A stretch of 64,000 nucleotides of DNA from Octopus vulgaris. Lineage: Eukaryota. The notes under the pieces were generated by a model. It had not been told where the DNA came from. It worked only from the letters and a program-made list of their open reading frames with translations, and did not search any database. The stretch spans positions 11,780,001 to 11,844,000 of the forward strand of contig OX597820.1 in the NCBI GenBank assembly GCA_951406725.2, read 5' to 3'. Shown one piece after another: positions 53,056 to 64,000 of this stretch. Each line of letters begins with the position of its first letter. Positions within the stretch are counted from its first letter, which is position 1. A program made the position numbers and the translations under genes.

Positions 53056-53344
53056 TTGGTAAAAACGGTAAGACAACAAAAGAAAGAAAGAGACCTCGAT
53101 ATTATGTAAATAGAGGAAATTTATCTGTAAAAGTAATATGTGACAATTATTCAGTAGCCATGATAAAACTCTGAGTTTCGGATGCCGAGGTGGAAATTTC
53201 TCTTTGTGTAACGGTCTTTTTTCATAGCATTTTTCCGATGGCCGGATAACTGAAGAGATGGTGGTGTGGATTTCCACCACGGCATCCAAAACTCAGAGTT
53301 TTATCTTGGCTACCGAATAATTGTCACCTATTACTGTTACAGAT
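53056..53344. mobile_element. (TA)n-embedded fold-back element with hammerhead (53245-53305, +)
   Basis: Arms 53123-53197 and 53270-53344; GAUAA-CUGAAGA-GAUG..CAUC-c-[A]AAAC-ucaga-GUU^UUAUC; the opposite arm retains GAAAC. Confidence 0.75.
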
Positions 53345-53348
53345 ATTA

Positions 53349-53414
<66 letters not shown>

Positions 53415-53571
53415 TATATTAGTATAAATGTATAAATATATATATATATATTAAATCAAGTTAGGGAGACAATACCTGACACTCACATATTTATGTGTAC
53501 ACATAAACACACACACACACAAACACACATATACATACATACATGCATACATACATACATACATACATGCA

Positions 53572-53606
<35 letters not shown>

Positions 53607-53832
53607 GTCCAACACATACCAGCATAGAGCACCTTGCTGATGTCAATAATGATAATGATGATTACGACGTGTGTGAATGTGTGTCGAAGCTAAGTCCCTT
53701 ACATAATCCTGCCCTTTTATAGTATCTATACGCATGAAGTACAGCTAAAGAGAACGAGTTGTATATTGTTAAGCGGTGATGACAAAACATGAACAGTGTC
53801 AGTTGTCTGTATTGACACATTGTTGATGTGAG

Positions 53833-53863
<31 letters not shown>

Positions 53864-54479
53864 ACACACATACACAGATGATGGGTGGCAGATTTAATCA
53901 TTTGTCCAGGTGGACCCTGGCAGGCTTTTCTTGTTTGTCGAGTCTGGTTGCAGGAATTTGGACCAGGTGTTTAACCTGAGAATAACTTCTTCCTACCAGT
54001 CTTGGAGGCTTTAAAAACATGTCATGGGTCCTGCCTCGACCATGAAAATATGCATGCATACGTACATACTTACATCTATACATACTTACATCTATACATA
54101 CTTACATCTATACATACTTACATCTATACATAATTGCATATATATATATAGATACATGCATACATACATACATACATACATACATACATACATACATACA
54201 TGCATAGATACATGCATGCATACATACATAGATACATATATACATACACTCACGCATACATACATACATACATACATACATTTATACATACATATACATG
54301 TACATACATTCATACATGCGTGCATACAGTCATATATACATATACACGTCCATACATACATACATACATACATACATACATACATACATACATACATACA
54401 TACATACATACATACATACATACATACATGCATACATACATACTTGCATTCATACATATACACATATATACATATATAC

Positions 54480-54646
54480 TACACTCGCGGAGTGGTTGGC
54501 GTTAGGAAGGGCATCCAGCTGTAGAAACTCTGCCAGATCAGACCGGAGCCTGGTGCAGCCCCTGGCTTCCCAGACGGTCGAACCGTCCAACCCGTGCTAG
54601 CGCGGAAAATGGACGTTAAACGATGATGATGATGATGATGATGATG
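54480..54646 (+). mobile_element. Family D 3' fragment
   Basis: Common 3' end and (GAT)n. Confidence 0.85.
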
Positions 54647-54952
54647 CATACAGGCTTATACACATACATGCAATTATACATACATATATGCAATAATACA
54701 CATGTACATGCCTGCAATAATACATATATACATACATGCATGCATTCATATGTACATGGATATTATACATACATACATTACATACATGCATACATACACA
54801 CATACATGCCAGCACACATGTAATTATATATATGTATAGCAACTTGGATTTCTAATCCATGCAAGTCATACCTGTGGTGCACACAAATACATACATGGCA
54901 TGCACACATTCATTCGAACAGACACATATATGTCTATGTATGTATATTTATG

Positions 54953-55002
<50 letters not shown>

Positions 55003-55003
<1 letters not shown>

Positions 55004-55368
55004 ATTAATTAATAAGGGTGAGAGAATTAGATACTAATTTAATAGTATACCTATTCAACACCAAGTGGCCCAGTGCCCCGAGAAACCTGGATTATTATAA
55101 TATTTTATAATATATTATAATATTTTATACAAAAATAAATATAAGAGAGTGGTCACTATGTGGCTCACTCTAGCACTAGAAATAAATCCAATAGGTTTCA
55201 TCCACAAAAATACATGTTTCCCATGAAAGTCAGTACGATTGTTATTTGCCCTGTTCGTGTGAGCTAACAATCGTACTGACTTTCATGGGAAACATGTATT
55301 TTTGTGGTTGAAACCTTTTGGATTTACTAGTGCTAGAGTGAGCCACATAGTGACCACTCTCTTATATT

Positions 55369-55374
<6 letters not shown>
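55003..55374. mobile_element. (TA)n-embedded fold-back element, arms about 110 bp
   Basis: 55132-55244 is the reverse complement of 55265-55374; arms contain GAAACATGTA. Confidence 0.82.
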
Positions 55375-55405
<31 letters not shown>

Positions 55406-56148
55406 GTATATATTATAATCTATGTATTTATGTATGTAGTGTATGTACATATATATATATATAAATATATGTATCTATATCTATATTGATATCTATCTAT
55501 CTATCTATCTATCTATATATATATATATATATATACTTACATACATACATTATATATATATATATATACTTACATACATACATGATATATATATGTATAT
55601 ATACATAAGATTACAACTCTATACAAATCATGCTTGTTGTCTGATACTAGGGCAAACTACGCGTACACACACACACACTCAAAGAAACACACACATACAC
55701 ACACACACACACATATATACTCCTACACATGCATATATACATGCGCATAATCTAATATTTATTTCAAAGTGACAGCTTGTTCTTTCTAACAATTATGTTC
55801 TGCCGTCATCATTTCAGTTGTTTAACTGTAGTAGTAGTAGTAGTGGTGGTGGTGGTGGTGGTATTATTATTATTAGTAGTAGTAATAGTAGTAGTAGTAG
55901 TAGTTGTAGTATTTGTTGATGTTTATGTCATCGCAACTACTGTTGTCTTTCGTTTTTCTGTCATGTGTGGGTGGTACTGTAGCCAGTTATACGGAAATAA
56001 GGGGTGGGCTGGGCCGATTGGTACAATGGCTACAGTAACAGGCAAAAGTACCTAGTAACACTTCGTTGTATATCTCTATGTCCCGAGTTCAAATCCAGCT
56101 CACTTTGGCATTCCCTTTCATTCTTCATTATTATCATTAATGTCTTCA

Positions 56149-56315
56149 AAATGGTGAGCTGGCAGAGTCGTTAGCATGCCGGACAAACTCATTAACAACT
56201 TTTTGTCCATCCTTGTGTTCTGAGTTCAAATTTTGCTGAGGCTGACTTTGCCTTTTGGTTTTTCCTGGGTTTGATAAACTAAGTAGAAGCCAAGCACAGG
56301 GGTTGATATAATTGT
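56149..56315 (+). mobile_element. SINE-C, diverged
   Basis: ggtgagctggcagagtcgttagc head. Confidence 0.7.
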
Positions 56316-56479
56316 CTAAGGCTTTGGTTAGCCCCCAGGGCTATAGTAGATGACATTTGCCCAAGGCACCACACAGCGGGACTGAACTCAAAGCCAGCAA
56401 CTATTCTTGCACCTAGTAAAGTAAATGATATTGTAGATATGAAGTTGTGAATGAAAAGAGTCTAGCTGTGGAGTCAAAT

Positions 56480-56630
56480 GGAGTGGTTGGTATTAGGAAG
56501 GGCATCCAGCTGTAGAAACACGGCCAGATCAGACTGGAGCCTGGTGCAGCCTTCTGGCTTCCCAGACCCCGGTTGAACCATCCAACCCATGCTAGCATGG
56601 AAAACGGACGTTAAACGATGATGATAATAT
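56480..56630 (+). mobile_element. Family D 3' fragment
   Basis: Common 3' end. Confidence 0.85.
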
Positions 56631-56631
56631 G

Positions 56632-56664
<33 letters not shown>

Positions 56665-57598
56665 TATATATATATATATATATGTGTATACTCATATATG
56701 ATAGAGTAGCATACAATATGGGTTCAGAAAATCTTGCCGCCAAAGAGGAAATTTTGTGTGCATGTTTAGAGTTGAATTGTTGGCATAACCATGATGTCCT
56801 GGTGATCTGATGAGCTAGCTTTCATTATACAATATGTATGCTCAGCAATGCATATTAATGCAAACGTGTGTTCAGTTTCTTCCATGCTGAAATTACACAT
56901 ATGCATGCACATGTACAGACACGCATATACATAGAGTTACAGCTGTTGTGAAACGGCTGTAACCTAATGAAAGTCATGTGGTTGAATATAAATATGTGTG
57001 TATGTGTGTGTGTGCGTGTGTGTGTGTATGCATGTGTGTGTGTGTCTGTGTGTGTGTGAAGGTGCATAGCTTAGTGGTTAGGCTGTTGCACTCACAATTG
57101 CAAGGTCGATGGTTTGATTTCTAGACCAGGCATTGAATTGTGTTTTTGAGAAAGCACTTCATTCCCCGTTGCTCTGCAATCCTTTCATCAACATGACAGA
57201 ATCTTGGAAACCAATCTTATAAAGTCTCTGACCCAAGTAGAAACTTTGATCCTTTCCTTTTGATGTATGTTTATATATGTATATGCTTGTGTCTTTGTGG
57301 TTTTGTGTGTCTCTGATGCTTGACAACTGGTTCTGGTTCTGCTATATCCAGGGTCCTCTGACCTAGTAATTCAGCATATGGGACTGATATACTAAGAACT
57401 TGACATTATATAAAAAAAAAAGAACTGAGATACGTTTTTTTCAACTAAAACCATTCCAGTTGGTGCTCCAGCATGGCCACACTTCAATGACTGACACAAT
57501 TTTAAAATATAAAGAATAGAAAGAGTATTATTACAGCTTCTCTTGTCGTCACTAGTCTTTCCTTATTGTCATTGTCTACGTCATCTGCTCATCACCAA

Positions 57599-57638
<40 letters not shown>

Positions 57639-58011
57639 TTCATAATGATGGTGGCGGTGGTATCAGTGACAATGTAATGAGGACTTTTACTACCATCACC
57701 ATCACCATCATAATGTCCAAGTGCATTCATTAATGAGCTATTTTTCCCCACTCAATTACTAATTCTAACCATAAATGAATTTCTTTATTGCTTTCCAAAT
57801 AAAGCATATAAGGTGGTGGAGGTGGTGGTGGTAGCGGTGGTGGTGGTGGTGGATTATATTGTAATGAGAGGTTGTGGGAGAGGGGTGTGCGGTGCGATGC
57901 GGTGGTAGTGTGAGTAAAGAAATGGGACAGGGTTGCGAGAGACTGGATTAGCTATACACCAAAAATCGGTTGTAAATTCACACATACATAGACACCTGCA
58001 ATCATGTTTTT

Positions 58012-58048
<37 letters not shown>

Positions 58049-58471
58049 TACACATACACGCATGCACGCACACACAAAGACAGGCATAATACAGCATAAC
58101 AGATTTATATGAAGAATCTGAATAAAATGGTTAGCACATTGTTCTCTCTTTCTCTTTCTCACGTACGCAACACCCACAACACTTATATAATAACCCAACA
58201 TGAGCCAACATGGCTCTACTGCTAGAAATAGCAGCTAGATATCCCACATACCAAGCTAAAAGTGCGTTCAATCCCACTGCGTGGCACTTTGGGAAAGTTT
58301 AGCTTTATGCCATAAAGCTAAACCTTTTATGGACAGGAAACCTTTCGGCTTTATGTTTTTTCACAAATGATATATATATATATATATATACGTGTGTGTG
58401 TTTCATTTTGTTCACACACATGCACACACAAACACACACTTTGAAGTATGTGTACATATGTATGTATATAT

Positions 58472-58880
58472 ATCATCATCATCATCATCATCGCTTAACG
58501 TCCACTTTCCATGCTAGCATGGGTTGGATGATTTGACTGAGGACTGATGAACCAGATGGCTGCACCAGGCTCCAATCTTGATCTGGCCGAGTTTCTACAG
58601 CTTGATGCCCTTCCTAATGCCAACCACTCCGAGAGTGTAGTGGGTGCTTTTTACGTGCCACCAGCATGAGAGCCGGCCAGGCGGTACTGGCAACGGCCAC
58701 GCCCAAATGGTGTTTTTTTACATGCCATCGGCACAAGTGCCAGTAAGGTAACGCTGGTAACGACCACACTCAAATGGTGCTTTTTACGTGCCACTGGCAC
58801 GGACGCCAGTTAGCCGCTCTGGCAACGATCACGCTCAGATGGTGCTCTTAGCGCTCCACTAGCATGGATGCCAGTCATCG
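58472..58880 (-). mobile_element. Family D long copy
   Basis: Reverse complement of 32950-33367. Confidence 0.85.
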
Positions 58881-58907
58881 AATTTTATTTCAGTCATTTT
58901 GAATTAA

Positions 58908-59523
58908 CCCTTTTGTATTTAATCCAGCCATATCCAGCCCAAATATTCTATATCTTTATATATAAAAGTGAGGTTGTGTGCTGTCTGTCTCCTACGATTT
59001 AGATTCCTAACTACTCCCACATTTTGCGATGCAGTTTAACCAAAAACTGGGTATCTTATAGTCGTGATTCATATCAAACCCTTCTGGGTATTAGTGCACG
59101 TCTACGATGAGTCTACGATTTCAAAAAAAATTTACCATCAATTTTTCCCATTTTTAATGCATTTTTGGCATATATAAGGGAAGTAACTCTCTAAAAATTT
59201 ATTATTAAATCTCAGAACGTAAAAAGCTACAGTAACACCCCCCTTTGTGGTTAGCCATATTGAGATGGCTATTATACTTTACATCTCTAAAAATGCTTAT
59301 ATAGTTATTTCCCTTACAAACCCGAGCAACACCGGGCGATACTGCTAGTGTTTTATATTTGAACTAGCCATATCTAGCCTCTCACACCTAACCTACATTG
59401 ACATTCTAAAAAGAAACAATCACATCACTGAAACCTCAAAGCTATAAGATAATGCATGATTAATTCAAAACAATTTGAGTGAATAAGTATTACATTTAAC
59501 AGAATAATCTGAACAGTAAAGGG
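58908..59523. mobile_element. piggyBac-like MITE carrying a nested Helitron
   Basis: TTAA-CCCTTT ... AAAGGG-TTAA ends. Confidence 0.7.
58953..59348 (+). mobile_element. Non-autonomous Helitron H1
   Basis: A^TCTTTATATATAAAAG ... CCCGAGCAACACCGGG..CTAG^T; homologous to 17025-17404. Confidence 0.92.
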
Positions 59524-60009
59524 TTAATCATGTATTATCTTGTAGCTTAATAATTTCAGAGATGTGACATTAGTAATTTTATCAATGGTGTTGACTGAAG
59601 AGACATTTTCAGAAAGCACCACATGATACTTGCTCAACATACTTGGCAAAGTAATTAATAAAAAAAAACTGACCTAGTATTATGAATGGTTCTGCTGCTG
59701 TGTGTCTCCCTTTCGTTTGTCTCACTCTCGCTCCATCTCTATTTGTACTTTTCCTATATTCAGATATACAAAGTATATTCGCGTATAAGCATAGTTTTTA
59801 GTATCAGAGCTGCAGCATGGCTTAATGGTTAAGAAGCTTGCTTCCTGTCAACATTGTTCTGTGTTCAATTCCACTGAGTGGCAATGTGACAAGCGTCTTC
59901 CACTAAAACCCCATGTTGACCCAATATCTTGTAAGTGTATTTGATTGACAGAAACTAAAAGAAACCTGTCACACACACACATATCAGACAGGTATGTGTG
60001 TGTGTATAT

Positions 60010-60046
<37 letters not shown>

Positions 60047-60118
60047 TAATATATATATATATATATAAATATCAGACAGGTATGTGTGTGTGTATATATA
60101 TATATAGTTATGTCATGT

Positions 60119-60160
<42 letters not shown>

Positions 60161-60734
60161 GTTATGTCATGTTACATATATATATATACACATACACACA
60201 CATTTTATATATAAAGCCTTTTGAATAAAATTAGGTTGATGGAAACTGTGCAGAAGCCTGTTGGCTAGGTTCATAATCATTATAATTATCATATAATACC
60301 CACTCTTCCATGCTTGAGTGGGTCAGATGGAATTTGTTGAGGCAATTTTCCTATAGCTATATGCCCTTAATATATTGCCATGCCAATCCTTAAATAAATC
60401 TTCAGAGTTTTGCATTAAGGTTCGTGATTGCTGATGCCTGTAAACATTATGCAAGAAGGGAAAGAATTTGGTTGATCAAGTGACTGAATCTTCATCATTG
60501 AGATCCATTAATTACCATCTTTGATGGCATACGAAACCAAGATTTTGCTTCCAAGATAATCTGTCAAAAAATCACTCCAGGTTCTATATGTAAAGTTGGG
60601 TCTCTCGGAATCTTTTTTTCTTGAATAAATGCTGTTGAAATTGGTGTGTGTCTAATACGCCTCTGTGACTTTTGTGTCATCAATATCAAACTTACTCCAC
60701 ATGTATCAGTCCCTCTTGTTGGTTTTTGCCTGAC

Positions 60735-61076
60735 TAGCACTTGTGTTGGTGTCACGTGAAAAAAAAAAGCATTTGAGCGAGGTCGTTGCCAGTGTCGCTG
60801 GACTGGCTCCTGTGCAGGTGGCACATAAAAAGCACCATTTGAGCGTGGCCATTGCCAGTACCACCACACTGGCCCTTGTGTCAGTGGCACGTAAAAGCAC
60901 CCACTACACTCTTGGAGTGGTTGGCATTAGGAAGGGCATCCAGCTGTAGAAACTTTGCCAGATCAGATTGAGCCTGGTGCAGCCTCTGGCTCACCAGTCC
61001 TCAGTCAAACCGTCCAACTCATGCCAGCATAGAAAGCGGATGTTATACGACGATGATGATGATGATGATGTTGATG
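60735..61076 (+). mobile_element. Family D copy
   Basis: Subrepeats plus common 3' end. Confidence 0.85.
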
Positions 61077-61309
61077 AAGAGAGAGCAGTGCATGCCATCA
61101 AAGTGATACTGGGGTACAAATATATACGACACCCAGTATGTTCATCTTCTTGACTACCTGTCTGATAAAGGTACACTAGGCACATACATCACAACCATAT
61201 GTACGCTACATGATCTCATATCAAGATAAACAGTGCATGACCTTGCAGGTGGGACCCAGTTAGAATTTTCTTCAGGCTGAGTAACCCAGCCTGCTCAGAA
61301 AGCTTATTA

Positions 61310-61340
<31 letters not shown>

Positions 61341-61344
61341 CATT

Positions 61345-61597
61345 GTCATTTACTTTTAATCTGCATGTTTGATGCAATCACCTGCCGGGGCACACCCAGC
61401 ACCCTAGGGCAAGTGAAGGTTAAGAGTTGTTGAAATATAGCTGAAAGCTTGGGGAGGGGAAGTAGAGAAATATCTCCATGTAATACAAACACAAACATTT
61501 ACATTGATAGGGTTTTTCTAAGGATGTGGGCAGTACTTGTTAGCACAATCTTTTGGATTTCCTTGAGACATGGTTTTCCAGGGATATTGTCTAGGTG

Positions 61598-61600
<3 letters not shown>
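61345..61600 (-). pseudogene. R4/Dong-like non-LTR retrotransposon 3' end inserted in (TAA)n
   Basis: KHLDNIPGKPCLKEIQKIVLTSTAHILRKTLSM* resembles the IQK.VL..TAHILRK.L terminus of restriction-like-endonuclease LINEs; (TTA)n on both sides. Confidence 0.7.
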
Positions 61601-61641
<41 letters not shown>

Positions 61642-61713
61642 TATTATTATTATCATTATTATTGTTATTGTTATTGTTATTATTATTGTTATTATTATTA
61701 TTATTATTATTAT

Positions 61714-62125
61714 TAAGGTGATGAACTGGCAGGATCATTAGCATTTGGGACAAAATGCTTAGTGGCATTTTGTCTGTATTCATTTCAGAGTTCAAATTGC
61801 GCCGAGGTCGATTTTGCCTTTCATCCTTTCAGGGTCAATAAAATAAGTACCAGTTACGCACTGGGGTCAATTTAATCAACATATGCCCTTCCTCAAAAAT
61901 TGCTGGCTTTGCGCCAAATTTTGAAATCATCATCATCATCACCATCGTCACCATCACCATCATCATCATCATCACCACCATCGTCACCATCATCATCATC
62001 ATCATCACCATCACCATCATCATCATCATCACCATCACCATCATCATCATCATCACCATCATCATCACCATCACCATCATCATCACCATCACCATCATCA
62101 TCATCATCACCATCATCATCATTAC
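61714..62125 (+). mobile_element. SINE-C monomer (to 61926) with (CAT/CAC)n expansion at its tail
   Basis: Head, central domain and tail recognisable. Confidence 0.82.
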
Positions 62126-63739
62126 CATGAAATTCATTTACTTCTTCATTTATAAAAAAAAAAAAAAATTTTAAAAAAAAAGTATCACTCATTTGCAAAA
62201 ACAAAATTTATTTTCATTTTTCTCTCTCTTCATACTTTGTTCCATTTCAGAGGGGTACCGAAAAATATAGTGACTCTCGGTTGGCAGAGGGAAACACTCC
62301 GAAAAGTCTGAACTGGTTAGATGAACCTTATCGTGACAGTGCAATAAACGATGTAATTATGTTGGCCATTGTTCATTGCCATTTTACTCCACTGGATTTC
62401 TCAACAATCTCTTCTTGCCTCAATGTTTAACCACCTCTGCCATTTAAGTCCGCGGTCTCTTATATCTATATTTTCTCATGCTCCTCTTTCTCACCAACAC
62501 TCATTGCTTACATCTTTTCTTTTCTTTTATAACTACTTCTACTACAAACTAATATTATTATTATTTTTATTTTTCTGCCATTCTTTCTTCTCTTCATCTT
62601 GTTCTCTATTTCTGAATCGTTCTTCTGTATCTGTTGGTCCTCTATAAATTCTTTAACCATTCACTCACTGCTAGTCTGTTCTTCATTCTCTTACCCTCTC
62701 TATTCCTTCAGCGTTTGCCTTCCGTATCGATATATCTATCAATCTATCTCTTTGTTTATTTGATTCTCTCCTTATCTATCGCTTTATCTAACCTACCAAC
62801 TAACCCTAACTAAATGTCGGCCACTTTTATTTAGCTAACAAATCATTTATTTCTTCTATTTTCTAGTTATTTATTTTTTAGCACATATCTTCTCTTGCAA
62901 TTCAATTCTTACTAACATTTGCTTTATGGAATTGCCAAATTCTTGCCTTGTCTGCTTTCTGTTACTCATTGGCATTATAAACATTTGTTGTTGAAGCCAT
63001 GTTGTTCCTATGTTGTTGACTTTGGTTATGTTTTTTTTTTTTTTTTAATTTCTGTCATATTACCAGGTAACCTACCAACCAGGTGATCAATCAAGCAATC
63101 ATTAACCTCAAGAACATTTTGTTTGATTACTTTTTTTTGAAGATTATTTGTGTTTTTTATGTTGAATGTTTTATAAAAAGAAGTCCAATTCCTTTGTAAA
63201 CTGAATTTCAAAACCAGTTTCAATTCTTAATTGTGAAAGAAATCTTACATCGTTAATTATTTTTTGGTAATGATTTCAACATTCCACTGTTTTAAGTCTG
63301 CAAGAGTTTATAGTTCTGTAAGAAATAATTATTTGCAGTTTAGTGTTTTGGACATTTTAATGCAAATTCCATCGCATTTGTTTTTTATTCCATCAAAATT
63401 TATAAAATAAGAACCAGTATTTATAAAAAGATTGGGTTAATCCAATCGACTGTATTGACCACCTATTGATTACGTAGGCGTGTGCACAGCTGTACGTGCA
63501 TATGCACAAATCCACATGCATCAGTATTTATATGTATGTGTGTGTGTGTGTGTGTGTGTGTGGTCTCTAACTCATTCTGTCTGTTTCTCACAATAGATTC
63601 ATCATCATCATCGTCATCATCATTTTATGTTCCCCTTTACTTGCTAGCAGGGGTTGGATTCAGTTCTATATTTAAGAGATGAGGAATTATGTACATTATT
63701 TACAAATGATGGATATTTGTCCTCATCTTGTTTGTTGTT

Positions 63740-63785
63740 AACACAACGTTTCGGCTGATATACCCTCCAGCCTTCATCAGGTGTC
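63740..63785 (-). ncRNA. Minimal type-I hammerhead ribozyme (intact)
   Basis: GACAC-CUGAUGA-A-GGCUG(10 nt)CAGCC-GAAAC-GUU^GUGUU: full core, 5-bp stems I and II, palindromic AACGUU stem III. Confidence 0.85.
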
Positions 63786-63837
63786 TTGGGGAAATTTCGA
63801 ACCTGGGAATGTGAACCCAGGTTTGAAATTTCCCCAA

Positions 63838-63883
63838 GACACCTGAAGAAGGATGGAGGGTATATCAGCCGAAACGTTGTGTT
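63838..63883 (+). ncRNA. Minimal type-I hammerhead ribozyme (mirror copy, one stem-II mismatch)
   Basis: GACAC-CUGAAGA-A-GGAUG..CAGCC-GAAAC-GUU^GUGUU. Confidence 0.75.
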
Positions 63884-64000
63884 AACAACAAACAAGATGA
63901 GGACAGATATCTGTCGAATGTAAATAAATTAAATAAGGGGTTGGCTTGTTCAACAGGAAGTGAAAAGCCTGATAAAGGTAAAGTAAAGTTACCTTCTTGT

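Larger units (their letters stand above)
63667..63927. mobile_element. Inverted pair of Penelope pseudo-LTR-like arms (about 112 bp, 8-nt spacer)
   Basis: 63696-63807 is the reverse complement of 63816-63927. Confidence 0.88.

Noticed and set aside
63026-63300. Peptide with NVLEVND..RLPG faintly like a Helitron PIF1 helicase
   Set aside because: Too short and degenerate to support without a profile search

Overview
AT-rich, microsatellite-saturated eukaryotic non-coding DNA. The repeat content looks like a coleoid cephalopod (Octopus-like) genome; this is an inference from recognising the SINE families. No intact protein-coding gene can be supported, and nearly all listed ORFs are translations of microsatellites or SINEs. 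The window is a mosaic of tRNA-derived SINEs (labelled here A, B, C, E), a variably 5'-truncated (GAT)n-tailed retroelement (D), non-autonomous Helitrons, hAT, piggyBac and Tc1-type MITEs, and decayed RTE, R4/Dong and Tc1 coding fragments. A candidate RFX/ETS promoter with a minus-strand first exon lies near 14.4-14.8 kb. The most notable signal is a set of sequence-diverse short elements, mostly lodged in or beside (TA)n tracts and several of them long fold-back palindromes, that carry minimal type-I hammerhead ribozyme cores (Penelope pseudo-LTR/retrozyme-like). Also notable: SINE-C concatemers with one fixed tail-to-internal junction, a Helitron flanked by a 41-bp duplication, and a duplication with a locally templated insertion. 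Family letters are my own labels and boundaries were read by eye.
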